Shown here in pieces: positions 61,993-64,000 of a stretch of DNA of 64,000 nt. Below the pieces are notes generated by a model. The model was not told the origin of the DNA, ran no database searches, and worked only from the letters and a program-made list of their open reading frames with translations. Source of the stretch: Octopus vulgaris (taxonomy: Eukaryota); NCBI GenBank assembly GCA_951406725.2, contig OX597830.1, positions 8,370,001 to 8,434,000 on the forward strand, written 5' to 3'. Within the stretch, counting starts at the first letter, position 1. Each line of letters starts with the position of its first letter. The translations under genes and the position numbers were made by a program.

Positions 61993-64000
61993 CTGGTGAG
62001 GCCAGGAGATGGTGATACCACGAGATGGTGATACCAGGAGATGGTGAGGCCAGGAGATGGTGATACCAGGAGATGGTAAGGCCAGGAGATGGTGAGGCCA
62101 GGAGCTGGTGATACCAGGAGATGGTGATACCAGGAGATGGTGAGGCCAGGAGATGGTGATACCAGGAGATGGTGAGGCCAGGAGATGGTGAGGCCAGGAG
62201 ATGGTGATACCAGGAGATGGTGATACCAGGAGATGGTGAGGCCAGGAGATGGTGATACCAGGAGATGGTGAGGCCAGAAGATGGTGATACCAGGAGATGG
62301 TGAGGCCAGGAGATGGTGATACCAGGAGATGGTGAGGCCAGGAGATGGTGATACCAGGAGATGGTGAGGCCAGGAGATGGTGAGGCCAGGAGATGGTGAG
62401 GCCAGGAGATGGTGAGGCCAGGAGATGGTGAGGCCAGGAGATGGTGATACCAGGAGATGGTGAGGCCAGGAGATTGTGAGGCCAGGAGATGGTGAGGCCA
62501 GGAGATGGTGAGGCCAGGAGATGGTGAGGCCAGGAGATGGTGAGGCCAGGAGATGGTGAGGCCAGGAGATGGTGAGGCCAGGAGATGGTGAGGCCAGGAG
62601 ATGGTGATACCAGGAGATTGTGAGGCCAGGAGATGGTGAGGCCAGGAGATGGTGAGGCCAGGAGATTGTGAGGCCAGGAGATGGTGATACCAGGAGATGG
62701 TGAGGCCAGGAGATTGTGAGGCCAGGAGATGGTGAGGCCAGGAGATGGTGATACCAGGAGATGGTGAGGCTAGGAGATGGTGAGGCCAGGAGATGGTGAT
62801 ACCAGGAGATGGTGAGGCCAGGAGATGGTGAGGCCAGGTGATGGTGAGGCCAGGTGATGGTGAGGCCAGGTGATGGTGAGGCCAGGAGATTGTGAGGCCA
62901 GGAGATGGTGATACCAGGAGATGGTGATACCAGGAGATGGTGAGGCCAGGAGATGGTGATACCAGGAGATGGTGAGGCCAGGAGATGGTGAGGCCAGGAG
63001 ATGGTGAGGCCAGGAGATGGTGATACCAGGAGATGGTGATACCAGGAGATGGTGATACCAGGAGATGGTGATACCAGGAGATGGTGATACAAGGAGATGG
63101 TGAGGCCAGGAGATGGTGAGGCCAGGAGATGGTGATACCAGGAGATGGTGATACCAGGAGATGGTGAGGCCAGGAGATGGTGAGGCCAGGAGATGGTGAG
63201 GCCAGGAGATGGTGATACCAGGAGATGGTGAGGCCAGGAGATGGTGATGCCAGGAGATGGTGAGGCCAGGAGATGGTGAGGCCAGGAGATGGTGATACCA
63301 GGAGATGGTGAGGCCAGGAGATGGTGAGGCCAGGAGATGGTGAGGCAAGGAGATGGTGATACCAGGAGATGGTGAGGCCAGGAGATGGTGAGGCAAGGAG
63401 ATGGTGATACCAGGAGATGGTGAGGCCAGGAGATGGTGAGGCCAGGAGATGGTGAGGCAAGGAGCTGGTGATACCAGGAGATGGTGAGGCCAGGAGATGG
63501 TGATACCAGGAGATGGTGATACCAGGAGATGGTGATACCAGGAGATGGTGAGGCCAGGAGATGGTGAGGCAAGGAGCTGGTGATACCAGGAGATGGTGAT
63601 ACCAGGAGATGGTGAGGCAAGGAGCTGGTGATACCAGGAGATGGTGAGGCCAGGAGATGGTGATACCAGGAGATGGTGATACCAGGAGATGGTGATACCA
63701 GGAGATGGTGATACCAGGAGATGGTGATACCAGGAGATGGTGAGGCAAGGAGCTGGTGATACCAGGAGATGGTGATACCAGGAGATGGTGAGGCCAGGAG
63801 ATGGTGAGGCCAGGAGATGGTGAGGCCAGGAGATGGTGATACCAGGAGATGGTGATACCAGGAGATGGTGATACCAGGAGATGGTGAGGCCAGGAGATGG
63901 TGATACCAGGAGATGGTGAGGCCAGGAGATGGTGAGGCCAGGAGATGGTGAGGCAAGGAGCTGGTGATACCAGGAGATGGTGAGGCCAGGAGATGGTGAT
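61993..64000. repeat. 16-bp minisatellite (ccaggagatggtgaGG / ccaggagatggtgaTA), more than 120 units, runs off the window
   Basis: Two main unit variants interspersed; begins inside an RTE-type 3' tail at 61933-62010. Confidence 0.97.

Noticed and set aside
61938-63956. Long ORFs (672, 596, 208 aa) with HHLLASPSPGLTISW repeats
   Set aside because: By-product of a 16-bp minisatellite lacking stops on one strand; all three frames give the same peptide.

Overview
Eukaryotic, AT-rich DNA made up mostly of repeats. The SINE families, the RTE LINE and the microsatellite density suggest an octopus (cephalopod) intronic or intergenic region; this assignment is inferred, not verified. No complete host gene is visible, only two weak candidate exons. 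Contents: four tRNA-headed SINE families (labelled A-D here; dozens of copies), 5'-truncated RTE-clade LINEs (one with an intact RT C-terminal half carrying an embedded PHD-like finger), many RTE 3'-UTR fragments with variable tandem hairpin arrays, DNA-transposon relics (Helitron, hAT-, piggyBac- and mariner-type MITEs, a HINE-like element), and micro/minisatellites. The most interesting signal is a set of small non-coding elements carrying hammerhead ribozymes. (i) A 348-bp-period, more-than-unit-length retrozyme-like insert with an intact type I hammerhead (61004-61416). (ii) A tRNA/Pol III-headed, hammerhead-bearing element inserted twice as an inverted dimer with a 33-35 nt unpaired tail and 12-bp target-site duplications (21303-21676, 40705-41206), a candidate SINE mobilised by Penelope-like elements. 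(iii) Three further foldback inserts of similar architecture. Coordinates were read by eye; ends of old repeats are approximate.
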